From the NCBI GenBank assembly GCA_035084275.1, contig CM068742.1:126480001-126544000 (forward strand): 64,000 nt of DNA. Direction: 5' to 3'. The notes beneath the pieces were generated by a model. It had not been told where the DNA came from, searched no databases, and saw nothing but the letters and a program-made list of their open reading frames with translations. Of the stretch, positions 1 to 11,850 are shown one piece after another (position 1 is the stretch's first letter; each line of letters starts with the position of its first letter). Position numbers and translations under genes: made by a program. Origin of the DNA: Hydrolagus colliei. Taxonomy: Eukaryota.

Positions 1-460
1 GAACGAGCAAGTGCATTAACCATATTGCTGAAATTGACAGATTTTCCAAAAGGATATAGCACATTTATGTTTTTTCCCTGAAATGTAAAATAAACATGTA
101 AAATAACATGCAAATTGCTTGGATAATTTACATAAATAGTAAAGCACCGAATTACAAGTACTGTATGCAGGAAGAACCATGGAATATTAAAATGACATTT
201 AAAAAAATGTTAATATGGAAAGACACCGACTTATTGAACCTCCTGCTGTAAGCAAGATAATTCATCGTAACTCCTGCAGTGTGTATCCTGCTCAAATGGA
301 AATTTTAAAGGTACAATGTCTTCCTGATAAAGTGTTTGCAAACCATTTTTCCTTGTCTTGTGAGCAGCATTGTTATATAATTCACATCAAAATGGAAGTG
401 GGTCACCTTTGCTGCAATCTCAATCCTCTTCTGTTGTCACCAAAACAAAAAAAAAGGACC

Positions 461-593
461 CAAAACGCAAAATACTGCAGATACTGGAAATCTGAAACCG
501 AAACAGAAATCACTGAGGAAACTCAACAGGACTGGCAGCATCCATGCAGAAAGGAAAGTGAGTCAACGTTTATTCACTTTCCTTTCGTCGAAA
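461..593 (-). mobile_element. Penelope-like terminal-repeat fragment with degenerate hammerhead core
   Basis: Same sequence family as 5355-5496 and 27415-27557 (aaaatactgcagat.ctggaaatctgaaac...ggcagcatc...agtcaacgttt); minus-strand core reads tCGACGA...tAAAcgTTgact, i.e. mutated. Confidence 0.7.
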
Positions 594-970
594 AAATTAC
601 CAACCACATTTCTCATAAAGATTTTTCCTTTTAAAATTTCTTCCAAATACTTATTAACTGACCAAATCTATCCAAAATAAAAATAAAGCGTTTTAAAAAT
701 TGTCCCAAAGCTGATCACCTCTATAGGTTAAAGGGGAGTGGGGATTATGTCTTTAAGAGCTGCAGAAGGCATTTAAATGTTTTAAGACATTCTCCTGAGG
801 AGATAGGCAGTATGTAAATTGTACTCTGTTCCTTGACACAAGGGCAAATTTGTTGCATGGTTTATTCCTGAACATTAGGGAAGATGAGTATCTATCAAAA
901 AAAGTTTATTCCAATTCAAAGTAGCCTTAAACATTATGTATTTATTTGTTTTTGAATTATTTGGATTATT

Positions 971-1273
971 GTGGAGTCCTGTAGCTCAATGGGTAGAGCA
1001 CTTGTCTCCCAAACAAGTGACCTGTGTTTGATTCCTATCAGGGTGAGAACTTGGAAAAGTTTCCTCACTCCACATACTTGATAATAATCCCTCGAAAGAA
1101 AAACAATAATAAATTTGTTGCTTCAATCCATCACTTTTTATGGCACACTGCTGTGCACAATTGGTTGCCACGCTTCGCCCACAAATATACAGTTAATTCA
1201 CTGTACAGTATATTCTGAGAAGTGCTCTGAGACATCTAGTAGCCATGATGCTATATCAAATGCAAGGATTATT
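971..1273 (+). mobile_element. tRNA-headed SINE, short subfamily (Deu-like core, L2-type tail)
   Basis: Head gtggagtcctgtagctcaatgggtagagc with A-box and B-box-like gtttgattcc; core ggcacactgctgtgcacaattggttgcc; tail gctatatcaaatgcaaggattatta; many copies in window. Confidence 0.9.
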
Positions 1274-1372
1274 ACAACAACAACAGCAAAAACAAAATTA
1301 CATTTGTGTAGCGCCTTTCATGTCAGGAGGACATCCCAAGGTGCTGGACAGTTACGCTTCAGACCCGAGCTG
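1274..1372 (-). mobile_element. L2 LINE 3' terminal fragment
   Basis: (CAA)n tail followed by aattacattt...agcgcctttcatgtcaggaggacatcccaaggtgctg, the reverse complement of the L2 3' stem-loop. Confidence 0.8.
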
Positions 1373-1494
1373 ATGATTACTTGATGATTATTTGATGAAG
1401 GATTATTATCATCTTTGTTCAATAGTTTAGCATTTTAAACTAAGCAGAAATATATCTTTGAATTTCTTTGGATGCATTATTCAATTATAAACAT

Positions 1495-2560
1495 TACAAC
1501 AAACTACATAGCACCTTTCACATCATTAGCACATTTCAGTGAACTGGACAGTGAAGGATTTGGATGAGAGCATGAGTTTGGGATCAGGAGAGGTGGAGGG
1601 CAGGGAGGATAAGCATAGGAGGATAACCAAAGGTGTGGTCAAAGAGGATTGTCTTGAGATGTGCCTTGAAAGAGGCAAAGGAGGGAGCGAGTTAAAGGAA
1701 CTGTAGAATGGAGTTCCAAAGCGTGGGAGCAGAGAGGCTCAAGGCCTCACCGCCAATGGCTTCATGTGGAAGTTGATCCCACCTGTGGATAATGTCACCA
1801 GGAGACAGCATATACAAGTTGAAAAGGAGGGGACCAAGGACAGCATCCAGAGAAATATCGCATGAGACAATGAGAGAGCTGGAGGAGAATCTGTTTGTGG
1901 AGACAAATTGGTGCCTATATGAGAGGTAGGATCTGAACTATTCAAAGACAGAATCATGAAGGTTGAGGTAAGAGGAGAGGTGGAGAAGGACAGAGTAGTC
2001 AAGAGTGTCAAAGCCAGCAGAGAGGTCAAGGAAGATGAGGAGACAGAGGGAATCCCAGTCATAGATGGACAAAATGTCATTCATCACTTTGACCAAAGCT
2101 GTTTCTGTGCTGCAGGGTTGATGCAAGGAATGGTGGGAGAGCAAGGAGCAAAACCGGGAAGCAATAACTTGTTCCAGGATCTTGGCAAGGAAAGAGAGGT
2201 TTGAAATGAGGCAGTAATTGGAGATCAAGGATGGTCTAAGGAAATGTTTTGAGGATGGGTGTGATTATGGCTATTTATTAGGGAATGGCAATGGTGCCAA
2301 TGGACCAGGAAAGATTGATGATATTTGAGAATAGACGGACAAGGAGGTGAACTGGGAGGTAAGGAGAAGGGTTGGGATGGGGTTAAGGGAGCAGGTGGTT
2401 GATTTCTTATGGACTACAATGGTGATGAGAGTGGAGTGGGAGACAAGGTTTGAAAGTGTGGACGGAGGGATAAGTAGGAGCAGGAGTATGAAGGGGAGAT
2501 GGGTGGGCTAACAGTTGGAAGGGCAGAGGCAGCTGAGTGGATTCCCTTGAAATTGGTTTT
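1495..2560 (-). mobile_element. Degraded L2 LINE (3' end plus RT region)
   Basis: Minus-strand translation ISNLSFLAKILE...STETALVKVMNDIL...LIFLDLSAGFDTLDYSVLL is typical L2 reverse transcriptase; L2 tail near 1500. Confidence 0.85.
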
Positions 2561-2894
2561 GAGAAACTAAAAAGCAGTTCCTCGCAGTTAGAGTTGGAAG
2601 GATTACAGGGAGTTTTATTCAAATCCTCAGTAAATCTATTGACTAAATATTTGTTGATGCAAGCCAAAGTGTTAGACAAAAATCAATGGAATAAAGTTAA
2701 CCAGCATTGCAGCAGGAGCAATTGATTTGGACTTTTTCATGTTTTCTCTTTGGAGACATAAACTGGTTTATTCATGAAACTAATATCAAAGGCTGCTGAT
2801 GCTGTAAAATTGTGCACACAAGACTCCCCCTATAAACACAAAATGTTGGACATGTACCTTAGTTATAGGTTCCTCCATGATAAAAAAAAACATC

Positions 2895-3330
2895 AAAAGA
2901 GGGAGGTTGGCCATCAGCATGGTTGAAGAGGAAGGTTTTCAGGTGGGATTTGAACAAGTGGAGAAGGACTAAGGCACAGTGACTGAGGGTGAGTGTTCCA
3001 GAGTTTGGGAGCATGGTAGCTGAAAGCACAAACTGCAATGGTGGGGTGGAGATGCAAGGGACAAGCTGGAGGCCAGTGCCAGTTGAGCGGATAAACCAAG
3101 TGGTGGATTGGGGAGTGAGATGGTCAGAGGTAGGGAGATGCCAGTAAATTTGAACACGAGTGGGGGATCTTGAAGTCAATCCATTCAGCGATGGGAAGCT
3201 GTGGAGCCAGACCAGAACTGGTGAGATGTGGGTATGGAATTTGGTTAGTGTGCAGTTTGCAAAATTTGGAATGAGCTGGATATTTTGAATGGTGAAGCTG
3301 GGGACACAGTGATGAATGCATGTGAAACGA
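2895..3330 (-). mobile_element. Degraded L2 ORF2 C-terminal fragment
   Basis: HISPVLVWLH, AFSYHAPKLWN and FKSHLKTFLF motifs in minus frames. Confidence 0.8.
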
Positions 3331-3789
3331 ATTGGCAGGGGCTTTCTCCCTTCCCCTGGAATATAGATTAAGCAGTTAAATATCACTAATACGCAGAATG
3401 TTTTTTCAAAAACATTTCTCAGTTCATCTGGAATCATACGCTGACTAGGTTGAGGACATGTCAACACAACCTTATTTAATTGATGAGACAATGCAGGATC
3501 GATCAAGCATGAAAATATTTGAGGATTACAATGGAGTTGTCTAGACATGCCATGAATGGCCCTGCAGTTGTGTATCAAATGTAAGTATTATTATTATGAA
3601 TTGAAATGACTGTTTCAGGTTGAAGTCAAGTTTATAGTCTGGTACGCTTGCTTGCTATTGTTGAATTTGTTTGCTCTGAAAAAGATAGTCGATTGTCATC
3701 CCATGGCCTGCTATTATTGATCTATGTCAGATATGCCAATGTTCACTGACTTTTTATAAGTGACATTAGCCAGGAATCCACCTTTGATC

Positions 3790-3895
3790 TCTTACCTCTG
3801 CATGAAAGTCGATGTGAGGCAGACCAGAATACTGTTTGGATTCCCCATTCACCATTTGGGTGCAAGCAGAGAGATATAATTGGTTGTCATCCGCA
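3790..3895 (-). mobile_element. L2 RT fragment
   Basis: Minus strand encodes ADDNQLYLSA, matching L2 [10 protein letters not shown]. Confidence 0.6.
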
Positions 3896-3919
3896 CCATT
3901 CCCTGTCACAAGCTTAAAA

Positions 3920-5070
3920 AGGCACACTACTCTAACATCATTCTGGAGGCCAAAAATAATTCCAAAATCCTATTCTCCACTGCCACCACCTCTGCCATGT
4001 GCCCCCTCAAACACCCTCTATCATAATATCCAACAGTAAATGTGAAGAGGTCATGGACTTTCTTCTCTCCAAAATTGACAACATTCAAAAAGCATCAACT
4101 TTTTGCCCCACCGTGTCACCCACCACAACTACTATTCTGTCTCCCTGATTCTCCCCATACTCAGTTCCTTCCATGGCCCCCATCCTACATTCATTTAACC
4201 CCATCTCTCTTCCCTCCTTCTCATCCACCTTTTCCACAATGAAACCTGCCACCTCTTGCCTCGACCATTGTCATCACCCACTTCGTTAAAAAACCTACCC
4301 CCAATCCCTCTAACCTCAGCCACTACCTATTTCAAAGTGCCTATATAATAATAATCCTTGCATTTGATATAGCACTTTTCATGACTCCTAGACGTCTCAA
4401 AGTGCTTCACAGAATATACTGTAAAGCAAGTTGAGTGTGTTTTCGTGAGTGAAATGCAGCAGCCAATTGCATACAGCAGTGTCCCACAAACAGTCATGGA
4501 TTCAACATGACCAATTTATTATAGGTTTGTTTTGGATGGATTATTATTAGGCATGTCGAGTAAGGAAACTTGCCTAAGGTTTCGCCCTGACCTGCCGGGA
4601 TTTGAAACACAAGTCTCACGCTTGTAAGGCGAGTGCTCTAACCACTGATCTATAGGATTCCACTTTGTGGAGTCCTGTAGCTCAGCCCTTTCTCACAAAG
4701 GTTCTGGAACACATTGTTTCCAACAAACTTTGTGCACACCTCTCCCTCCACACCCTACTCCAATCCCTTCAGTGCAGATTTCCCTGCCCACGGAATAGAG
4801 AGTACTTGTGAAAGCCACAAATGATGTCCTGTGTGACCAGGGCTGCATCTGCCCACTCATGTTCCTGGTCCCCTCCGTTGCATTCAACACAGTTGATCAT
4901 GCCATTCTCCTCCACCGTCTGTCCTCCATCATCCACCTCAGTGAGACAATATTTGGTTTGAGGCCTACATTACAAATGGCCAGCACTACATTTCTGCTAA
5001 TTGTTTTGCCTCTCATTTCTGTGGGGTGCCCCAAGTTTCCATTCTTGGCACCCTTCTCTTCATCTTCTTT
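3920..5070 (+). mobile_element. Fragmented L2 ORF2 interrupted by a SINE
   Basis: C-rich L2-like sequence; KATNDVLCDQG...AFNTVDHAILLHRL resembles the L2 RT. Confidence 0.7.
4346..4663 (-). mobile_element. tRNA-headed SINE, full length, short subfamily
   Basis: Reverse complement of the SINE from the ataatccttgcatttgatatagc tail to the ctaaccactgatctataggattccac head. Confidence 0.9.
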
Positions 5071-5255
5071 GTGGAGTCCTGTAGATCAGTGGTTAGAGCA
5101 TTTGCTTTACAAGCAAGAGACTTGGGTTGATTCCCAGCAGGTCAGGGCAAAACCTTGGATCTTGGAGAAGTTTCCGTACTCCACATGCCAGATAATAATC
5201 CCTCAAAACAAATGATAATCAATTGGTTATTTTTCACGACTGTTTGTGGGACACT
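5071..5255 (+). mobile_element. tRNA-headed SINE, 5' half
   Basis: gtggagtcctgtagatcagtggttagagc...gactgtttgtgggacac. Confidence 0.85.
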
Positions 5256-5354
5256 TTTGTATCCTTCAAGACACTCCTTTTTGACTGTGCCTTCAGCCTC
5301 CCTGCTTGTAATTTTGCAGCGAAAACCCCAAAACATGAACGCCCATGTTACTCT

Positions 5355-5393
5355 GAGTTCTGACGAAGGGTTGTGGACTTGAAATGTTGACTT
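5355..5393 (+). ncRNA. Minimal type I hammerhead ribozyme motif (possibly decayed)
   Basis: CUGAnGA and GAAA boxes, UH site, stem I gagtt/gactt, short stem II, and 2-nt stem III with CpG decay (cg to tg). Confidence 0.65.
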
Positions 5394-5496
5394 ATTTTTC
5401 CTTTCTCCATAGATGCTGTCTGACCCTCTGAGTGTTCCCAACGATTTCTGTTTTTGTTTCAGTTTTCCGGCATCTGCAGTATTTTACGATTTTGAT
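5355..5496 (+). mobile_element. Penelope-like terminal-repeat fragment carrying a hammerhead motif
   Basis: gagttCTGACGAagggttgtggacttGAAAtgTTgactt followed by ...agatgctgtctgacc...gcatctgcagtatttt; three copies in window. Confidence 0.75.
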
Positions 5497-7009
5497 AGTG
5501 CCTTATCATGTCATTAACTCATCCCAAAGCATTTCACAGAATAATTCTGTAATATAAATGGACTGTATTCTGTGGGCAAAACGCGCAAGCCAATTGCACA
5601 CAATGTGCACCAAACTGTCATGATAATTATTACAGAGGTAATTATTTATGACCTTGATAATCTCCCTATTTGCATTACTGATTTTTGACCTGCTTTCAAC
5701 TTCAATTGATAAGCTGTGGGTTTGCTAAACCAACAGCCATTGACGTTTGATCCTGAGGTTCAGATCTTTTTAGATAATGAGATGAATATCTCCTCTTTTT
5801 CTTAGCTTCAAAGGAACCTGAATAAGTTTGTAAGGTCTAACCCTTTCTGAGCAGCAAAAAGATAACTATTAAAGCAACCCAATCTCCTTCACACTACTTC
5901 ATCTCACTGGGTTCACAATAGCAATTTAGAATAAAGGCTGCTGTGCTGCACAGCATCACTTTGCATTAATAAATGCCAATTTAAATACACACTTAGTCAT
6001 CTCAAAAATAGAAAACTATGAACACTTAGAAAAATAAATCTAATCTGAGTACATTTTAAAATAATTTTCATTTCCATGCATTTTCTATAAGATTCTCTAT
6101 TCTCGATTTGATCAATTCATTTCACTTTGAAAGCTGCATCTCTTTTGTTCTCTTCCAATTTGCATGTCTGCTTATGGCATCCCCCTCCCCCACACGTCAT
6201 GTTTACTGATTCCCATGCCATTTCTCTGATGATTATGGTTCCAGTGAAAAATCGGTGTCACTACGTACATCAATGAAAAGTGAATGTCAGGAAGGAAACA
6301 ACATCTAAACCTATCCCATCATAAAGAAGAATAATTTTGTATCCAGTCTCCTCAGCATTTCCTGTTTCAGTGAGTTATCCTAATTAATTGTCTTTTATTT
6401 ACCTCCTGCAGATTAATACTGATCACATATTGTATAATCCTTTTGTACTTTACATATTCTATTTCATTCTCATTTTATTTATTACAACCATATATTTCAA
6501 GCAATATTTGATGTTTTGCATCAGTCTGTGATTCATAATTCATTCAGATTCTGTCTTACATTTTGCCTCTATCCAGCTCTCATTTACATTCATATTTTTA
6601 GCACATTACGTTTTAAAAATTTATTTTCATATTCTACCTTCAGCTTAATACATTTGAAATGTGTGTTGAAGAAAAATAGTAAAACTTGTATTTGTTATGG
6701 TTCCTTATCACAGTATTTAGACATCTCAAAACAGGATTTTACTGTGAAATGTAGTGACTATGTGCTTGTAGGTGAACACAGCAGCCAATTTGCACATCAT
6801 AATATTCCACAAACAGTCATGGAAAGAGTGATCATTTAAAAATAATGAGGTGAATGGACAAACTGGATCTCTTTAATTGTTAACTCATACAATCAGTCCA
6901 TCAGGATCCAATTCTCTAATCTTATTGGTGCCTTCCTCCCTACCCTTGCCCTATATCCCTTTTTCCTTTTTATTCTGTTATGTGGATATACTTATCCCAT
7001 TTAAAAATC

Positions 7010-7195
7010 AGTAATGGCAAGCTATAAAGTTTCAGCTGGTTAGATTCCAGCAGTACCCTAATGCATGAGGTAGGAAGTCCAATTTTAACAATCTCCAGAA
7101 TTAGGTAAGCATGCATCCCTCCAGAGAGAGATTGCACATCCAATTCTAACAATCTATCTCTGGAGTTTCCATATGTAGGTGCAATACATTCTCAT
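7010..7195 (-). repeat. Unclassified dispersed repeat, copy 1
   Basis: Reverse complement aligns by eye to 59600-59790 (e.g. gggtactg.tg.a.tctaaccagct.aaact..atagcttg). Confidence 0.7.
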
Positions 7196-7549
7196 TTTGA
7201 TTCTCATTTTGATTTAGATACTCTTAAAGCATGTTGATGGTTTTCTGAATGTGTCAGACAATCATCTGAACAATGAAAAGTATTCTTCTTCAATCAATGT
7301 TTCTAGTAAGGTATGCCCATATTTTAATAATTCTCTTGGAAACAAAAGAAAACCTAACCACTTCCTTTGTGTTCTTTCTGGTAATGATCTTTAATTTATA
7401 TTTTCCTGTTGCCAACTGACAGTTGAAATAAATTCTCCCTATTTACCTAATTAAAACGCCTGCTAATTTTCAATGTCTTATATCAAGTTTTCTCTCAATC
7501 TTGCCTGTTCTAATGGAAAAACGTTTTGTGTTTTTTCCCCAGTTCAAGC

Positions 7550-8037
7550 TTTAAGTTGATCCTCGTCCTCACTTTCAAGGCCATTCTTCCCCTGCCAATC
7601 TCTCTGACCTGCAGTCTCTCTGTCAGCCTGCCCATCCCCTCCGTTCAGCGGGCTCTGGCCTGCTCCATGGGTCCCGCCTGAACCACCCTACCATCGGTGC
7701 TGAAAGCCTTCAGCGTCTCTGCCTGCACACTCTGGAACTCCATCCTGCGATCCGTTCGCCTCACTTCCTCCTTCAAGGCCGGTCTCAAGATCTTCCTCTT
7801 CGACCGTGCCTCCTGCTGCCCTCCTAACTTTCCCCCCTTTCCTACTTTCTGTCGCCCTGTCCCTACCCCAACCCAAGATTGGGTCCCAATCTACAACAAC
7901 AACAACTTTGATTTATATAGCGCCCTCCATGCCAGACGGCATCTCAGAGCACTTGGGTCCCAAACTAACTGTTCAGCGCTTTGGGACATCCTCCCAACGT
8001 GAAAGGCAGTCTATAAATTTAATTTTATTGTTGTTGT
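7550..8037 (+). mobile_element. L2 LINE 3' end with nested 59-bp insertion
   Basis: AFSVSACTLWNSI...FKAGLKIFLFDRA; 3' stem-loop and ttgttg tail at about 8030. Confidence 0.9.
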
Positions 8038-8519
8038 CATTTCTCATTAAGAATACCTGTATTCCTCTTTAAAATCCCATCTTTCTCCGATCATATTGAT
8101 ATAACACTTTGGCTTAACTTTTATAACATTCAGGAGAACATAATGCTCCATTCTATGGACAGAGATAGTCACACTGAGACAAACAGGTTACATAATAAAC
8201 ACTAAATTACTTTTCTTCTTTATTAGGTATTTTAATTGTACTTACTCTAACCTCATTTATCCATGATTTAGTGTCTGCTGCTTATTGAGATTCCTCACTT
8301 TCTCCCATCCTAAGATCTCACATTTCACACACCAGCAAGTGACTGATTACAAGGCCTGACAGCATTGTACTTGAACTGGCTGTTGGCGATTTGAGAGCAG
8401 CACAGATTGACTCGTCCCTTTTCTAAAGACATTCTTGACCTTTCCTCAGTACAGCACATTTTTCTCAATACCAGTGTTTACCCAGCTTACTTGCTTGCCT
8501 CTGGGTCCGGAGTTTGTGT

Positions 8520-8700
8520 GTTCAAATCTTGCATCGGAAATTATAGTCTGGCTGTCACTTCAGTGCGAAGTGAGATGAGCACTGCATTGTCAGAGGTCCT
8601 GTTAAGCAAATGAAATGTTAAACGTATGTCCCATTTGCAAATCTATATGTGATCACAAAAGATCCAAGGACTCTTATTTCAAAATAGAATTGTGGCTTCC
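8520..8700 (+). mobile_element. Old DeuSINE/SacSINE-like fragment
   Basis: gcactgcattgtcagagg...tgaaatgttaaac...aaaagatcc resembles the copy at 52875-53300. Confidence 0.5.
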
Positions 8701-10855
8701 ATAGATACCTCCAAAAGCACCCAATAGTTTAAGGTGTTTCAACATGATGATTCAGCGTAAAAAGAAAGTTCCTTCTTTAGTTATAAAATCAATTATAATC
8801 CTTGCAATTTTTATAGCCCCTTTCACATCAGAAGATCATAGTAAAACCGATCATAAGATTTACTGTAAACTCAGAAGCAAAAGTGAACCAACTCAAGCAA
8901 GCTGACACTTTGCATATTGTGTACTCTTGAATCTGGACAATCTGTGGGCTGTTACCCTTGTAACTGGGCAGGTATGTGGAAATAAATCTAACCTTGTTAT
9001 TGATGGTTGATGGGGCCACAAATTCAACTAACTGGTATCAGTCTTGTTTTAATCTTTCCATGAATGGACAATGCTGTAGGCAGATTGGCTGTTGGGTTTC
9101 TCCAAAATGCACACAGTCACTCCACTTTACAATTACCTCCTGTGAAGTGCTTTGGGACGCTCTCCAGATATAAAAGGCTCTATACCAAATGAGGTCTAAT
9201 AATATTATTTATTATTTAGTTCATCAACACTCAAAGAAAAGGTGAATCACCAAAACATAATATGGTTTCGCCTTGATAACTTCCATGCTTTGTACTCAAT
9301 TTCATCAGTTTATACGTCTCTTGGCATTTGCTCAGTGACATGATGCACTTGGAGTTGACTTATCACTGCATCCATGATGAAATCAGCTGTAACAGCAAGT
9401 AAGAAGAATGTAACGATGTATATGAAGTCTGGTCCATTTAATTCTGCCAAGAGTGCTGAGGCAATCAATACACATTCGCTGGGACAGGGACACTAATCTT
9501 GTGCAGAGCCCAGTGACATTGCAGCTGAAAACAAACTCCCAATAGAGTCCTTGAAGCTCAACACTAGCTTTATTGTGCTGTTGTAGTCCTACACCTTGTG
9601 CAGAATTATCCTAAACAAACACCATCCTAAGCAAGCAATTAAAATGATACAATGTACATCCTCAAAGCGAGGGGAATGGGAATATGATTTTTTAGTTTTG
9701 GGGGGGATTGGAGTCATGGTTATCGTTTCCCACAATAGATTAAAAAAACAGGTAACATGAAGCATCCCCAAATAGATTAGAAGTTATCAAAGGATACAGC
9801 ACAATTTTAGGTTTTCACTGTGAGCCCAATCCAAATTTTCAAATCAGATCATCAAACCCCAATATAAGGGAAGTTTATTACATTTGTTAGGCAGTGACTT
9901 CCCTTTTTTCTAAACTTTTACATTTAAAGGTATAAAATATTGGATAGAAACAGTACTATACATTCAATTGATTCAGTTTTAGTTTGGATTTTGTCCAATG
10001 TGTTGAGCTTATACAAAAGAACTCCACTAATTGGTTGTTAGTCAATAGGCGGAGTATGTATCCAGTGGTAATAAGCCCTTTAAAAAATTCATTTTAAAAC
10101 ATAATAATAATTTTGTAGCTCACACATGTCTGCCTAACACATGTAGTACACTGCTGTGTGAAATTGGCTAATACATTTCGCTACAAAATATATAGTTAAT
10201 TCACTTTACAGTGTATTCTATGAAGCACTTTGTCTCGGAGATGTGATAAAGCGCTATATCAAATACATACCTTATTAGAATGATAATTAAGTTTACTTTG
10301 TATAACACAGCTGCTATGCTCCCGATCTCTGGAACTCCTTCCCTTTATGCCTTTGTCTCACTCTGCTTTATCTTTATTTCAGTCATCTTTCCCCTCCCCT
10401 GAGTCCCATCCACTCTTGGGTACCTAAATAGCATTGTGAAATGCTTTGAGGTGGCATCCCAACAGGGCAGGCACTGTAAATATAAGTTGTAAAGATTATT
10501 TATCATTTATTTATCATTTATTGAAATAAAATGATCAATAATATTAAACTGAACTCGGGCAATTGGTTTATTTTCTGAAAAATATATAATGTGAAGTGAA
10601 ATGCTGAGGCACCCTCAAAAATCTTTGATTTCGACACTGTGTTCAAATTGGCAGAACTATAACAGTAGTGAAATAGGTAATATTATATGACTGAGAATCT
10701 TGATGAATCCATCAACTGGTCTTTATTTTTTTTTAAAACACAGCCTTTTGTGGTGGCTAATGTGGTTTAGTACAGTGCTGTGCTATACAGTAATACAATA
10801 CAGTTTAACCATTGATTCTTTCAATGGTGAGTTTCTAATCAGTATGTTAGATGCC

Positions 10856-11604
10856 TAGGGTCCGGCGATATATCGATATATCGCTAAAATCCGATATAAT
10901 TTTCATATCGATACGCCGATATAGGCATTTGAAAAATATCGATATATCGAAAAGTGGAAAATCGGAATGCGCGCACACCGAACTGCAAGACCCAGAATGC
11001 TCCTCTCTACACACAATGCACAGACCGAGGTGCAAAGCCGCCATATTGTATTCATAGTCCTCGAATACAATATACAGGTATGCAAGGGGTGGGGGGGGGG
11101 GGGGGGAGAGACGTCTGGGTGGGGGGTGAGTGGTGAGGGGGAGAGAGATAGCTGGGGGGTGGGGGGAGGGAGACAGCAGTGGTGGGGGGAGAGAGACGGC
11201 TGGGGAGAGGGGGAGAGAGACGACGGGGGTGGGGGTTGCGAGAGAGGGACGGCGGTGGGCGGGGGGGTGGGGGGAGAGACGGGGTGGATGTGATAATATA
11301 CAGATAGATAGAGATGGGGGGGATGTGAGAGAGACACAGACAGAAAAACACACAGATGGAGAGAGTGAGAGACACAGAGAGAGAAAGATATTTACCTCAT
11401 GAGGAGATAGGCCCCAGGGTGCACGCGCACCCTGAATGCGCGCGCACCCTGAATGCGCACACACCTGGAACGCGCGCACACCCCGAATGTGCGCGCACGC
11501 GCATGCTCAGTACGAAAAACCCGAAGATATCGAAATTTCAGTATATCCTGATATGAGCCCATCGATATATCTAAATCGGAAAATTTCCATATCGACGGAC
11601 CCTA
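10856..11604. mobile_element. Non-autonomous hAT DNA transposon (749 bp)
   Basis: 16-bp TIR tagggtccggcgatat / atatcgacggacccta (1 mismatch); perfect 8-bp TSD tagatgcc at 10848-10855 and 11605-11612; CpG-rich subterminal atatcgat repeats; no transposase. Confidence 0.95.
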
Positions 11605-11629
11605 TAGATGCCCAATACATTTTTGAAAT

Positions 11630-11850
11630 ACAGTGCTTGAATTGGTGCTGGACAACAAGCCAGGGTAAGTAAGTGACTTACAGGTCAGAGTTTATCAAGA
11701 AACTAGTGACTGTAAGAGGTTAAATGCTGAAATGGAGAGAGAAAAGGAGTTTACCAATAGCAAGGTATAGATCAAAAATGGAAAATATTTACCAGTTATT
11801 TTGGAAGGTTAAAAACAGATTAGCCAATTGGTTCTCTTTATCTGAATCAG
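11630..11850 (+). mobile_element. Old CR1 endonuclease-region fragment
   Basis: Translates VLELVLDNKPG*VSDLQVR, matching the CR1 ORF2 motif LDLVLxNEPGQVSD. Confidence 0.55.

Noticed and set aside
971-1045. tRNA gene
   Set aside because: tRNA-like A/B boxes are SINE heads, repeated many times with decay and followed by SINE body; no intact cloverleaf
3790-3900. Minus-strand exon with gag|gtaaga donor
   Set aside because: Encodes ADDNQLYLS from L2 reverse transcriptase
11420-11505. CRISPR-like or regulatory repeat array
   Set aside because: Short aatgcgcgcac repeats are internal to the hAT element and lack unique spacers; eukaryotic context
10847-11556. Overlapping Pro/Gly-rich ORFs
   Set aside because: Artefacts of the G-rich low-complexity interior of the hAT element
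11634-11671. Small exon ending in cagg|gtaagt
   Set aside because: The translation matches a CR1 endonuclease motif and continues past the donor, so it is a LINE remnant
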